From a virus: 64,000 nucleotides of DNA. Numbering within the stretch: position 1 is the first letter of the stretch; the number at the start of each line of letters is the position of its first letter. Shown in pieces: positions 8,231-17,044 of the stretch. The stretch lies in IMG/VR virus record IMGVR_UViG_3300042507_004023. One strand, written 5' to 3'. The translations under genes were made by a program, and so were the position numbers. The notes under the pieces are model-generated. The model saw only the letters and a program-made list of their open reading frames with translations. It was not told the DNA's origin and made no database searches.

Positions 8231-8941
8231 ATGAGTATGGCAAGTGTGAACGATGCTAACACCATTCAGGTTTTAGACAAGGGATTTGTTAGTCTTATTT
8301 CTCACATGGGCAGCGACCTAATGGTTGTGAATGCAGCCCGTGTATCTTTCAATAAAAAATCCACACAGATGACCGAGAAAGATGCAAAACTTATCGGGTA
8401 TCTTGCCACACATAAGCATTGGACTCCGTTTGCTCATCCGCAGATTACCTTGCACATCAAGGCTCCAATTTCGATTCGCACTCAACTTTTCAAACATAAG
8501 CAAGGATTCGTGGAGAATGAAGTGAGTCGTCGCTATGTGAAAGATGAGCCGGACTTCTATACACCCGACTGGCGTTCCGCTCCCACAAATGGAGCAAAGC
8601 AGGGCAGTGATGATTTCATTCAAGATCTGATTACCAACGATTTTGATCGCATGTATAATCGTGTGGCTTTGGATGCTCTTGATACTTATAATGCTCTGTT
8701 ACGCGACGGTGTTGCTCCTGAACAAGCCAGATTTGTGTTGCCACAAGGCACTTATACCGAGTGGTGGTGGACGGGAAGCCTAGCCGCATACGCCAGAGTC
8801 TACGCATTGCGTTCCGACCCACACGCGCAGTGGGAAGTGCGAGAATACGCTGCCGCTATTTCCAAACTGATTGAACCCCTGTTTCCTGTTTCGTGGAAGG
8901 CTTTAGCACAGCCCCTAAATACAGGCGATGGGACAGTCTGA
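8231..8941 (+). CDS. thyX: Flavin-dependent thymidylate synthase
   Basis: GSDLMVVNAARVSF, HWTPF, RTQLFKHKQGFVENEVSRRY, APEQARFVLPQ, HAQWEVR. Confidence 0.95.
   Translation: MSMASVNDANTIQVLDKGFVSLISHMGSDLMVVNAARVSFNKKSTQMTEKDAKLIGYLATHKHWTPFAHPQITLHIKAPISIRTQLFKHKQGFVENEVSRRYVKDEPDFYTPDWRSAPTNGAKQGSDDFIQDLITNDFDRMYNRVALDALDTYNALLRDGVAPEQARFVLPQGTYTEWWWTGSLAAYARVYALRSDPHAQWEVREYAAAISKLIEPLFPVSWKALAQPLNTGDGTV
8915..8921 (+). promoter_or_regulatory. Late promoter variant CTAAATA
   Basis: Inside the thyX 3' end, 6 nt before the collagen ATG at 8928. Confidence 0.5.
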
Positions 8942-10058
8942 CCGAGAAAACCACAATCCGTCCGATGACCAATTCCTCCGCGAGTTCGGAGAGTTTTTAG
9001 AATCGGATTCCAACCCGGAATCACCTTCGGGTGATATCGAATTGCCTCAAGGAGAACGAGGCATTCGAGGTCTCCGTGGTCTGCGTGGCATTCCAGGCCC
9101 TCAAGGCCCAAAGGGTGAACGCGGAGAACGCGGAGAGCGTGGTGAACAAGGAGTGCCAGGCAAGGATGGACGGGATGGGTGGCCTGGAGATAAAGGAGAA
9201 CCAGGTGTCCAAGGTGAAAAAGGCGAACGGGGCGAGAAGGGTGAACCGGGAGCACAGGGACCGCAGGGAGTCCAAGGCCCACAAGGAGTTCCAGGTGCTC
9301 AAGGGCCACAGGGAGAGAAAGGTGAGAGAGGAGAGCAGGGAGAACAAGGAGCATCCGGCCCTCAAGGCATTCAAGGCCCGAAAGGCGAAATGGGCCCGAA
9401 AGGTGAGCGAGGGGAAGCGGGAGAGCCGGGAGCAAAGGGCGAAAAGGGTGATGCGGGAGAACGCGGAGCAAAAGGCGATAAGGGCGAGAAGGGCGATTCT
9501 GGACTGGATGGACGCGATGGGGCTGTAGGAGAAAGAGGCGAGCGCGGTGAAAAGGGAGATGCTGGAGAACGAGGCGAAAAGGGTGACAAGGGAGATCAAG
9601 GAGAATCTGGTCTTCTCTACGCAAATTATCCGCTTCAATATGACTCAAATAAAAAGTCTCTGAGCATTGATCTAAGCAAAGTTAAAGCAATTGCTGGTGT
9701 TGGAGCAAGCGTTAGTCGTGATGGTGGAGGCGGTGGTATGGATACTGCCTTCAAGGCAATTGCAGTTTCTGGTCAAGCAGGATTAACTTCCATTCAATAT
9801 GAAGCAGAAACTTTAACCTTTGTTGCTGGTGCTAATGTTTCAATAACAACAGATTCTGCAACAAATTCTTTAACCATTTCTTCTTCTGGCGGTGGTGGTG
9901 GTGGTGGTGGAACAGGAACACAAGTTTTCATTGGAGGAACCTCCGCAGTTCTTACAGGACCATTTTATACTGGTGACAGATGGATAGATACAGACAACGG
10001 AAAACTTTACACCTACACAGTTACAGGACTGTCTAGCAGTTGGGTGGAATACAGATGA
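8928..10058 (+). CDS. Collagen triple-helix fibre protein
   Basis: Uninterrupted G-X-Y run of about 63 triplets (9051-9617), rich in GER/GEK/GPQ, followed by a fibre-type C-terminal region ending GDRWIDTDNGKLYTY. Confidence 0.9.
   Translation: MGQSDRENHNPSDDQFLREFGEFLESDSNPESPSGDIELPQGERGIRGLRGLRGIPGPQGPKGERGERGERGEQGVPGKDGRDGWPGDKGEPGVQGEKGERGEKGEPGAQGPQGVQGPQGVPGAQGPQGEKGERGEQGEQGASGPQGIQGPKGEMGPKGERGEAGEPGAKGEKGDAGERGAKGDKGEKGDSGLDGRDGAVGERGERGEKGDAGERGEKGDKGDQGESGLLYANYPLQYDSNKKSLSIDLSKVKAIAGVGASVSRDGGGGGMDTAFKAIAVSGQAGLTSIQYEAETLTFVAGANVSITTDSATNSLTISSSGGGGGGGGTGTQVFIGGTSAVLTGPFYTGDRWIDTDNGKLYTYTVTGLSSSWVEYR
9051..9617 (+). repeat. Collagen G-X-Y coding repeat
   Basis: GGN at every ninth base for 567 bp. 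Confidence 0.9.
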
Positions 10059-10591
10059 GTGATGTTAGAATTAAAATTAAGCGTGGGTTAACTGCCGGAA
10101 ATGTTCCTTCAACACTGGCATTTGGTGAACTTGCAATAAACACCTTTGATCGAACTCTTTTTGTTGGAGGATCCACAGGAAGCGTTCAAGAGTATCCGTT
10201 ATCAAAAACTTATGTTTACAACACATACACCGATTTTGTTGCGGATATTAATGCTGGAGTATACGGAACAGCCGGAAATGAAAGTTGGTTTCAATACGGT
10301 GATTTGTTTATTGAGAGAAATTCAAAAACACAATACTCTTTCTTACCGTCAACCACAGGCTCAACTTCTGTTGGAACTTGGTTTCCCCTGACATCTACAG
10401 GAGGATCTGGAGGCAGTGCTGTTGCCGCAGGAGATTCTGTCGTTATAATGCAGTCGTATTTGGCTACGAATCTTGCGCCATCACCTATAAATGATGGTGC
10501 TTTATGGTTCAATACTGACACTGGCGTTTTATACACAGGATATTTGGGCCCATCAGGAAATTCTCAATGGGTTCAAGCATCAGTCACCTAA
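10055..10591 (+). CDS. Short tail-fibre-associated protein
   Basis: IKIKRGLTAGNVPSTLAFGELAINTFDRTLFVG is the common fibre N-terminal attachment motif; ATGA overlap with the upstream stop; DGALWFNTDTGVLY. Confidence 0.7.
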   Translation: MSDVRIKIKRGLTAGNVPSTLAFGELAINTFDRTLFVGGSTGSVQEYPLSKTYVYNTYTDFVADINAGVYGTAGNESWFQYGDLFIERNSKTQYSFLPSTTGSTSVGTWFPLTSTGGSGGSAVAAGDSVVIMQSYLATNLAPSPINDGALWFNTDTGVLYTGYLGPSGNSQWVQASVT

Positions 10592-10594
10592 ATA
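10588..10594 (+). promoter_or_regulatory. Late promoter variant CTAAATA
   Basis: Overlaps the stop at 10591, upstream of 10631. Confidence 0.5.
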
Positions 10595-10630
10595 ATCCTA
10601 TCAATATTTCACCGCAATAAGGTTTAGATA

Positions 10631-13600
10631 ATGCCCTTAAACTTTCCATCAACAGGATTAACCGCCAACCAAACCACATACTCATATTCGGGGAATACCT
10701 GGATTTGGAATGGGTTTGCTTGGGATTCCGTTTTTGTAAACGGCATAACGGGAACTGCAAACGAAATTGAGGTTACTGGTCTTACTTCTTTAGTTGTAGG
10801 CTTACCTGATAATGTAACTATTAGTGGAAACTTGAATGTTGACACAATTCTTCCGCGAGCATCTGCATCCGAACTTCAACTCGGCAATTCAAGTAAGCCG
10901 ATTAGAATTGGAGATTTTCAAAACAGTAATAATGGTAACTACTTATCCATAGACGATACAGGAGATTCCATATCCGTTATGGCTCTTCATGGTGTTGTTA
11001 GAATAACTTCATCAGAGGGTGAAATACAACTAGGAGACACCGTTGAAGGAAACGGTAGCGGAGCATTAATTGATATACAGCCTTCTCCAATATCGCAAGA
11101 CAATGTGATTTACATTAAGCCTGTGCAAGGCGGCTCAAATTACATAACCATAAATCCATCAGAACTAAATTACGGAACACTAACTCTCACAGGACAGAAC
11201 GCAAGAATTGGCAGTTTGACGGCGGGAAGCATTTACGCTTCCAATATAGTCAGTTCTTGGAATGGTCAAACTGGCGCAGTAGGATTCTCAAACTATGTTT
11301 CTTCAATAAACGGCAGAACAGGTGCATTCGGTCTCACAGGAACGGCAAACGAAATTGAGATTACAGGAGCCACAAGTTTTGTTGTGGGACTTCCCGATAA
11401 TGTGCAAATTGCTTCTAGTCTGTCTATCAACGGTGGAACCGCATGGCACTCAGGAAACGATGGAGCCACAAGTCAGTTGGATGCAGGCTACCTTTACGGA
11501 ATTCCGGGTAACATTTTCTCGTCTAATTTGGCTACAGGACTTCTATACGGCGGAATCTTGTCTATCAATGCGGGAAACAGCGGTCAGTTTGATATCACCG
11601 CAGGCAAGGGGCAAATTCACTTCGCGGGCGCATCACACACCGCTGAACCAAATCCAACACTACAGTTTATAACATGGACGGGTGCTACAGGCGTTACACT
11701 CAGCGGTCTCACTTCTCAAGACACCACATGGTTGTATTTTGACAGCAGCGGCGTGTTGCATCAGCAAGCCACCTACTATACTGATGACCAAGTTGAAAAC
11801 AACATTGTTATCGGTGCGCTAGTTCATCCAACTCGTTCTTATATCTCGCTAGCCAGAACCATCCCAAATGTGGGATACGCTACCGACAAGCAATACGAGC
11901 AGTTTATTCGTGCATTCGGCCCGATGAAGGTGGATGGTCACACCATTCAAGCAAATGGTGCAAATCTAAGTCTGAATCGCACTTCAGGAACCGCATTCAT
12001 TTTGGGTCGTAACTATAAAACTGACCCAAACAATCCTAGCGTAGTTTCGGATAATGCTAAAACTGAGGCTCAAATATGGAGATACTATCGTGGTGCAACC
12101 GCAGGCACTTTCGTAACTCAAACAGGATTTACGGGAATTGACCCCGCGAACTACGATAACGGCAGCGGAACTCTAGCCGCAGTTTCCCCGTCCACGCCGT
12201 TCACCATTCAGCGAGTATTCTTCTACCCCAACACTCCTGATGTGCTTGGTGTCTATTATGGTAGATCACAATACGCAAGTCTTCCTGAAGCAGCCAAGAA
12301 CATCCATCTTGAAGACTTTACAGAAATCACAAACACCAAGACAAACGCTGTGCTTACTGCGTTTGTGATTGCAAAGTATAACACCACAGACCTTGCAGCA
12401 GATATTCTTGCAGACAACGCACGAATCATTCAAGCAGGACAGTTCCGCACCACATCAAGCGGTGGTGGTAGTGTTGCCACAAATCTAGATGACTTGACGG
12501 ATGTTACCATAACAAGTGTTCAAGATGATGATGTTCTAATTTACGATACAGCCACAAGTCAATGGTTGAATACGCCACTTGCACACATTGGTGTTAGATC
12601 GGTTAATGGTCTAACAGGAGCAATCGTAAGCGTAGCCGTAACTGGCTCTAACACCTTCACCGGCTTGCAGACCATGACGGCAGGAATTACTGCAAGTCAT
12701 CTGTATGTCTCTACCGGTGCTACTTTTGCTTCTCTTGCCACATTCTCTAGCGGATTGTCTTCAGGTTCTACTATAACTGTAAACAATGCAATTCAAGTGG
12801 CTCAACCTGCCGCAAACACAACCGCTCTTATTTTAAGAACTCGCGCCACAAACTCAAATTTTATTACCATAAACGCTACGGGCGGTAATGTTACTGTTGC
12901 TCCAGGAACAGGTGTGCTGCGTGTCACTCAAGGTTACGGTAGTTCAGGAACTATTACAAACACTAGCCGAGGATATCTTGCACTACAGGGAACAGATGGG
13001 GATGCTTCAAGTTTTGATGTAACCATAGATCCATCAACAGCACTATCTGCAAGCCGAACTCTAACTTGCCCAAATTTAAGCGGAACTTTAGCAGTCGTTA
13101 ATGCTGCACAAACTTTCTCATCACTTCAGACTTTCACCGCAGGAATTACCGCAAACGCTCTGTATGTGTCTACAGGCGCAACTTTTGCTTCAAGACCATC
13201 ATTCCCCTCAGGATTAACAACAGATAACCTATGGGTAACTAATGGAGTTACATTTGCAGGAACTTCAGTTCATACAGGTCTCGGCACATTCAACGGTGGT
13301 ATTACTGCTAACAATTTGTGGGTTACAAACGGTGCTACCTTTGCTGGTCAGGTAACTGTAACTAATTTTAGAGCAGCAACAATCGGTGGTGATGAAGGCG
13401 GTCAGATTGATTTCGGGTTGGCTGCTACAAATACTACGCTGACAGGCGGAGTTTCTATTGACATATTCCAAAACAAACTTCGCATTTTTGAATCGGGCGG
13501 AACAAACCGTGGTGCTTACATTGACTTAACCTCTGCCGGAGCAGGAGTAGCATCAAATCTTTTGAGTGGTGGTGGAACTGCTGCTGTTTCTTCGGTAACG

Positions 13601-14467
13601 GGTGCAGGAAACGGAATTTTTGTATCACCGACCACAGGTGCAGTTGTTGTTTACAATACTGGTGTTCATAGTGTTAATGGACTAACTGGTGATGTTACAA
13701 TAAGTGCTGGTAGCGGAATGACTTCAACTGTAGCCAATACTTTCTCTGCTCTTCAGACTTTTACAGCAGGAATTACCGCAAACGCCATATATGTGTCTAC
13801 AGGTGCAACATTCGCAGGTGCAAATCTTGTGGGATTCACCACAGGATTAACGGCAGCCAATGTTTACGCAGGTCAAGTTTTAACCGATAGCATATTCTCA
13901 AGAACACAGGGTAGTGCTCTTCAAATAAATTATGATGCAAATACCATAACCACAATTGGAGATGAACCCGGAAATGGTAATAGCACTTATATATCAGTTG
14001 ATGACTCTACTGGAACAATCACACTAAGTGCGCCTGTGGGTGGTATAAACACTTCTTTTTTCAACAATCAAATAACCGCTCCATCGTTTGCCGACACCTA
14101 TTCGTTTTGCGAAACTTTCCGAACCACCACATCTGGAGCCACAGCCAATCAGACTATTGCTACAGTTCCTGGTGTTTATGATGACGGAGAAATCCCCCCA
14201 GTAATGAGATATCCCGCGTTTGAAGTCACAATTTCTGCACGGGATACAGTAGCCAACAAAACAGAAATGCTAAAGATGTTGATAGTGCAGAACGGAACCG
14301 ATACTGTAAACACGCAATACGGCTTGATTCGCACAGGAGCAACTGGCCCTGTGTCTTCTTACAGCACAACCTTGAGTGGTTCACCAAAAGATTTGCTGAT
14401 TCGTGCCACACCATCATCGGCAAACTCCACAAAGTTCATAGTAACCGTTCGTGCTCATAACGGATAA
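10631..14467 (+). CDS. Long tail fibre-like protein, 1278 aa
   Basis: MPLNFP...TWIWNG-type N-terminus; SVNGLTG/SINGRTG fibre motifs; LDDLTDVTI motif; internal repeats; Thr/Gly/Ser-rich. Confidence 0.75.
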   Translation: MPLNFPSTGLTANQTTYSYSGNTWIWNGFAWDSVFVNGITGTANEIEVTGLTSLVVGLPDNVTISGNLNVDTILPRASASELQLGNSSKPIRIGDFQNSNNGNYLSIDDTGDSISVMALHGVVRITSSEGEIQLGDTVEGNGSGALIDIQPSPISQDNVIYIKPVQGGSNYITINPSELNYGTLTLTGQNARIGSLTAGSIYASNIVSSWNGQTGAVGFSNYVSSINGRTGAFGLTGTANEIEITGATSFVVGLPDNVQIASSLSINGGTAWHSGNDGATSQLDAGYLYGIPGNIFSSNLATGLLYGGILSINAGNSGQFDITAGKGQIHFAGASHTAEPNPTLQFITWTGATGVTLSGLTSQDTTWLYFDSSGVLHQQATYYTDDQVENNIVIGALVHPTRSYISLARTIPNVGYATDKQYEQFIRAFGPMKVDGHTIQANGANLSLNRTSGTAFILGRNYKTDPNNPSVVSDNAKTEAQIWRYYRGATAGTFVTQTGFTGIDPANYDNGSGTLAAVSPSTPFTIQRVFFYPNTPDVLGVYYGRSQYASLPEAAKNIHLEDFTEITNTKTNAVLTAFVIAKYNTTDLAADILADNARIIQAGQFRTTSSGGGSVATNLDDLTDVTITSVQDDDVLIYDTATSQWLNTPLAHIGVRSVNGLTGAIVSVAVTGSNTFTGLQTMTAGITASHLYVSTGATFASLATFSSGLSSGSTITVNNAIQVAQPAANTTALILRTRATNSNFITINATGGNVTVAPGTGVLRVTQGYGSSGTITNTSRGYLALQGTDGDASSFDVTIDPSTALSASRTLTCPNLSGTLAVVNAAQTFSSLQTFTAGITANALYVSTGATFASRPSFPSGLTTDNLWVTNGVTFAGTSVHTGLGTFNGGITANNLWVTNGATFAGQVTVTNFRAATIGGDEGGQIDFGLAATNTTLTGGVSIDIFQNKLRIFESGGTNRGAYIDLTSAGAGVASNLLSGGGTAAVSSVTGAGNGIFVSPTTGAVVVYNTGVHSVNGLTGDVTISAGSGMTSTVANTFSALQTFTAGITANAIYVSTGATFAGANLVGFTTGLTAANVYAGQVLTDSIFSRTQGSALQINYDANTITTIGDEPGNGNSTYISVDDSTGTITLSAPVGGINTSFFNNQITAPSFADTYSFCETFRTTTSGATANQTIATVPGVYDDGEIPPVMRYPAFEVTISARDTVANKTEMLKMLIVQNGTDTVNTQYGLIRTGATGPVSSYSTTLSGSPKDLLIRATPSSANSTKFIVTVRAHNG

Positions 14468-14482
14468 TCGGTAGGAGATAAA

Positions 14483-15178
14483 ATGCCAGACACCACAGCA
14501 CCATTTGCGATAATAAATGGTTTATCTCTAACAGGTAATGCTGTTGTGAATTTTTCGGGAAGTGGGGTTCCAGATTTTGATGAAATTTTAGTTTCCGCCG
14601 GAACAACCGGATCTCTGACTTGGCAAACTGCGGGAAATTTTGTTCATGTATCGGGACTATCAAGAAGCATATTTCCTATACCTGCAAATGCAATTTCTGC
14701 GTCTACTGCTAGTGGTGCAACAGGAATTATTTTTTATGCACCATTTGCCATACACTCAACCATATCAACAAAATTTTCTGTGTGTAGTGCAGGGACAAAT
14801 CCCACAGCAACAACATACTTAGCCAAGGTGTATGCTTGTGATCCTAACACAGGCGGGCCTACGGGGGCTCCTATTGGTGATTACGGCAACACCACAGTAA
14901 CCACCGCTACAAACACACAATTTCTTTCTTCTTCCGCTGTAACACTAAATCCCGGAATGTATTGGGTGGGGTATGTTCCTTCTATTACTGCATCAACCGC
15001 GTTACGAGTTTATACTGCGGATACTATATTTACACAGAAAACGATGGGTATTCAAACCCCTACAAGTGCAACTTATACCCTTGGTTTTACTGGCTTTGCT
15101 CCACTACCTTCTACCATAGGAACTGTAACTGAATTTCTTTCTTCAACTCCTATTTGTCCACTACTTCAAATTCAATAA
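14483..15178 (+). CDS. Putative fibre tip or adhesin, paralogue 1 of 3
   Basis: Shares MPD..A.F...NG.S.TG, GTTG...W and TL.PGMYW.G with the next two ORFs. Confidence 0.55.
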   Translation: MPDTTAPFAIINGLSLTGNAVVNFSGSGVPDFDEILVSAGTTGSLTWQTAGNFVHVSGLSRSIFPIPANAISASTASGATGIIFYAPFAIHSTISTKFSVCSAGTNPTATTYLAKVYACDPNTGGPTGAPIGDYGNTTVTTATNTQFLSSSAVTLNPGMYWVGYVPSITASTALRVYTADTIFTQKTMGIQTPTSATYTLGFTGFAPLPSTIGTVTEFLSSTPICPLLQIQ

Positions 15179-15181
15179 ACT

Positions 15182-15889
15182 ATGCCTGACATCAACGCAT
15201 CATTCTTTCCTGTAAACGGTTTAAGTATTACCGGTAGTTCGGTTATAAACTTTGTTTCTGCTACAGGACCAACCACAAACAGCGTTCTGCGTTCTTCAGG
15301 AACCACAGGAAATGTTCTGTGGGGATATCCTGCAACGCCGGATCATTACACAGGCGGGTCTCGTTTGCTGATTCCGTGTAACAGTTCCACTCAGTCAGCA
15401 ACTAACACAGGACTGTCGGCAGGAACGGTTGTGTATTTTCCTTTTGTGGTTTACTCAGCAGTTACCGTGAAGGCTGCGGTTTCTTCAACCGCAAGCACCC
15501 CAACCTTAACTGGCCCTGTTTACTGCAAACTGTATGGAACAGATCTAAGAATAGGTGGCCCTACAGGAGCACCCATTTCCGATTTAGGAACTATAACTGT
15601 AAATGCGGTTGCAAACACAATTTCTGTTTCTTCTGGTTCTGTCCAATTAACCCCCGGAATGTATTGGTTGGGTATGGGATTTACTGGAGCCGGTATAAAC
15701 AATATGCGAAGAATTACTGCTGATACAAATCAAATTTCGCATACTTTTGGACAAGCCACTCCGGCAGGAACTCCCACATATTTTGTATATTTTTCTCAAG
15801 CAGGTATTACTGTGCCACCCGATACTGTTGGCGCAATAACCCAAGTAACCTCAGCCGTAGCGGTTGGGCCATTTCTACAAATGCAGTAA
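15182..15889 (+). CDS. Putative fibre tip or adhesin, paralogue 2 of 3
   Basis: Same motifs; 235 aa. Confidence 0.55.
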   Translation: MPDINASFFPVNGLSITGSSVINFVSATGPTTNSVLRSSGTTGNVLWGYPATPDHYTGGSRLLIPCNSSTQSATNTGLSAGTVVYFPFVVYSAVTVKAAVSSTASTPTLTGPVYCKLYGTDLRIGGPTGAPISDLGTITVNAVANTISVSSGSVQLTPGMYWLGMGFTGAGINNMRRITADTNQISHTFGQATPAGTPTYFVYFSQAGITVPPDTVGAITQVTSAVAVGPFLQMQ

Positions 15890-15895
15890 TTCAAC

Positions 15896-16606
15896 ATGCC
15901 AGACATAAACGCACCATTCACAGTTATAAACGGAGTCTCTTTGACGGGAAATTCTTTAAAATTAACTCTTGCTCCATCAAACACTCCAAACACCGATTTA
16001 ATTTTCCGTGCTACAGGAACTACCGGAAATGTTTATTGGTCGTCTCCTTCGCCATTCACCATACTGTCTAGCAGTTTGGGAGGAACAAAATACATTCCTC
16101 ATATGTCGGGATCAACAGTTACTACGGGTGCTGCAAGTTCGGGTTCTAGCACCATAGTGTATTTTTATCCATACTGGATTACCTCTACAGAAACAGTAAA
16201 CGCTTGTGCAATCAGCACAAACACCAATCCAACCGTAACAGGAACAATAACTGCAAAGGTTTATCGTTCGAGTGGAGGCAAACCTGTAGGTCCAACCATT
16301 GGAAATTTTGGAACCATAACCACTACTGCAAATTCGAATACGATATTTGTATCATCATCCTCGGTGACACTCTCACCCGGAATGTATTGGATTGGGGTAT
16401 CGTATAGTGCTTCTTTAACAAATATGCGGGGACATACCGCAGAACCATCTACCATGTATAGAGTAATGGGTCACAGTAATAGTAGTGCTTTTAGTGCGCT
16501 TTATGTTTTACAGCAGTCTGGACCAACTTCTCCTCCAGAAACGGTTGGAACCCTCAATATTCAAACTTCGGCAACTCCTTCTCCTGGAATATGGTTACGC
16601 ACATAA
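15896..16606 (+). CDS. Putative fibre tip or adhesin, paralogue 3 of 3
   Basis: Same motifs; 236 aa. Confidence 0.55.
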   Translation: MPDINAPFTVINGVSLTGNSLKLTLAPSNTPNTDLIFRATGTTGNVYWSSPSPFTILSSSLGGTKYIPHMSGSTVTTGAASSGSSTIVYFYPYWITSTETVNACAISTNTNPTVTGTITAKVYRSSGGKPVGPTIGNFGTITTTANSNTIFVSSSSVTLSPGMYWIGVSYSASLTNMRGHTAEPSTMYRVMGHSNSSAFSALYVLQQSGPTSPPETVGTLNIQTSATPSPGIWLRT

Positions 16607-16627
16607 GGTGAAAGGATAAATATTCGT

Positions 16628-16951
16628 ATGAAAATTTCTTATACCAATCCTGACGGCTCAACCACTCTAGTAGATAATCGTGAGTTCTATTCTTACAAAG
16701 ACTACTACTTGAAATACATTCGTGAACGCGCACACGATTTGATAATAGCGGATGCTCCAGATTTTAAACAAAGAAACGCGGCTCTTGGATTGCTTTCTGA
16801 TGCAGAAACAAACGCAATTCGAGCACATATTCAAAGTATTCGCACAATTTCAAATCAAAAAGAAGCCGCACTAGAAGCCATCACATGGGATGGCGATCCT
16901 GCAACTCATGCGGCTGCGTGTGACCAAATAGAAACCATTACTTGGGATTGA
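16628..16951 (+). CDS. Putative tail fibre assembly chaperone
   Basis: Small helical protein closing the fibre cassette (PDFKQRNAALG...IRAHIQSIR); ATAAATA at 16616-16622 upstream. Confidence 0.45.
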   Translation: MKISYTNPDGSTTLVDNREFYSYKDYYLKYIRERAHDLIIADAPDFKQRNAALGLLSDAETNAIRAHIQSIRTISNQKEAALEAITWDGDPATHAAACDQIETITWD

Positions 16952-16975
16952 CACACAAATAATTAGTGCTATACT
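16948..16975 (+). promoter_or_regulatory. Sigma70 promoter for nrdJ
   Basis: TTGACA (16948-16953), 16 bp, TG-C-TATACT (16970-16975): consensus -35 plus extended -10. Confidence 0.8.
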
Positions 16976-17009
16976 TGTGCGACTCCTCCGCTTTTGGGGG
17001 AGTCGTGTC

Positions 17010-17016
17010 CTAAATA
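17010..17016 (+). promoter_or_regulatory. Late promoter variant CTAAATA upstream of nrdJ
   Basis: Between a 5' hairpin and the AGGAG RBS (17033-17037). Confidence 0.5.
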
Positions 17017-17044
17017 CAGGAACACTACAACTAGGAGAAATAAA

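Noticed and set aside
8800-9648. Long alternative-frame ORFs over the collagen gene (8800..9648 -, 9021..9638 -, 9031..9528 +, 9371..9589 -)
   Set aside because: Stop-free shadows produced by the G-X-Y codon periodicity; low-complexity translations with no RBS or family motif.
16953-16968. NrdR box inside the nrdJ promoter spacer
   Set aside because: CAC and GTG arms are 9 nt apart rather than 8, and the core does not match.
16976-17044. Cobalamin riboswitch before nrdJ
   Set aside because: The leader is under 70 nt and lacks B12-box motifs.
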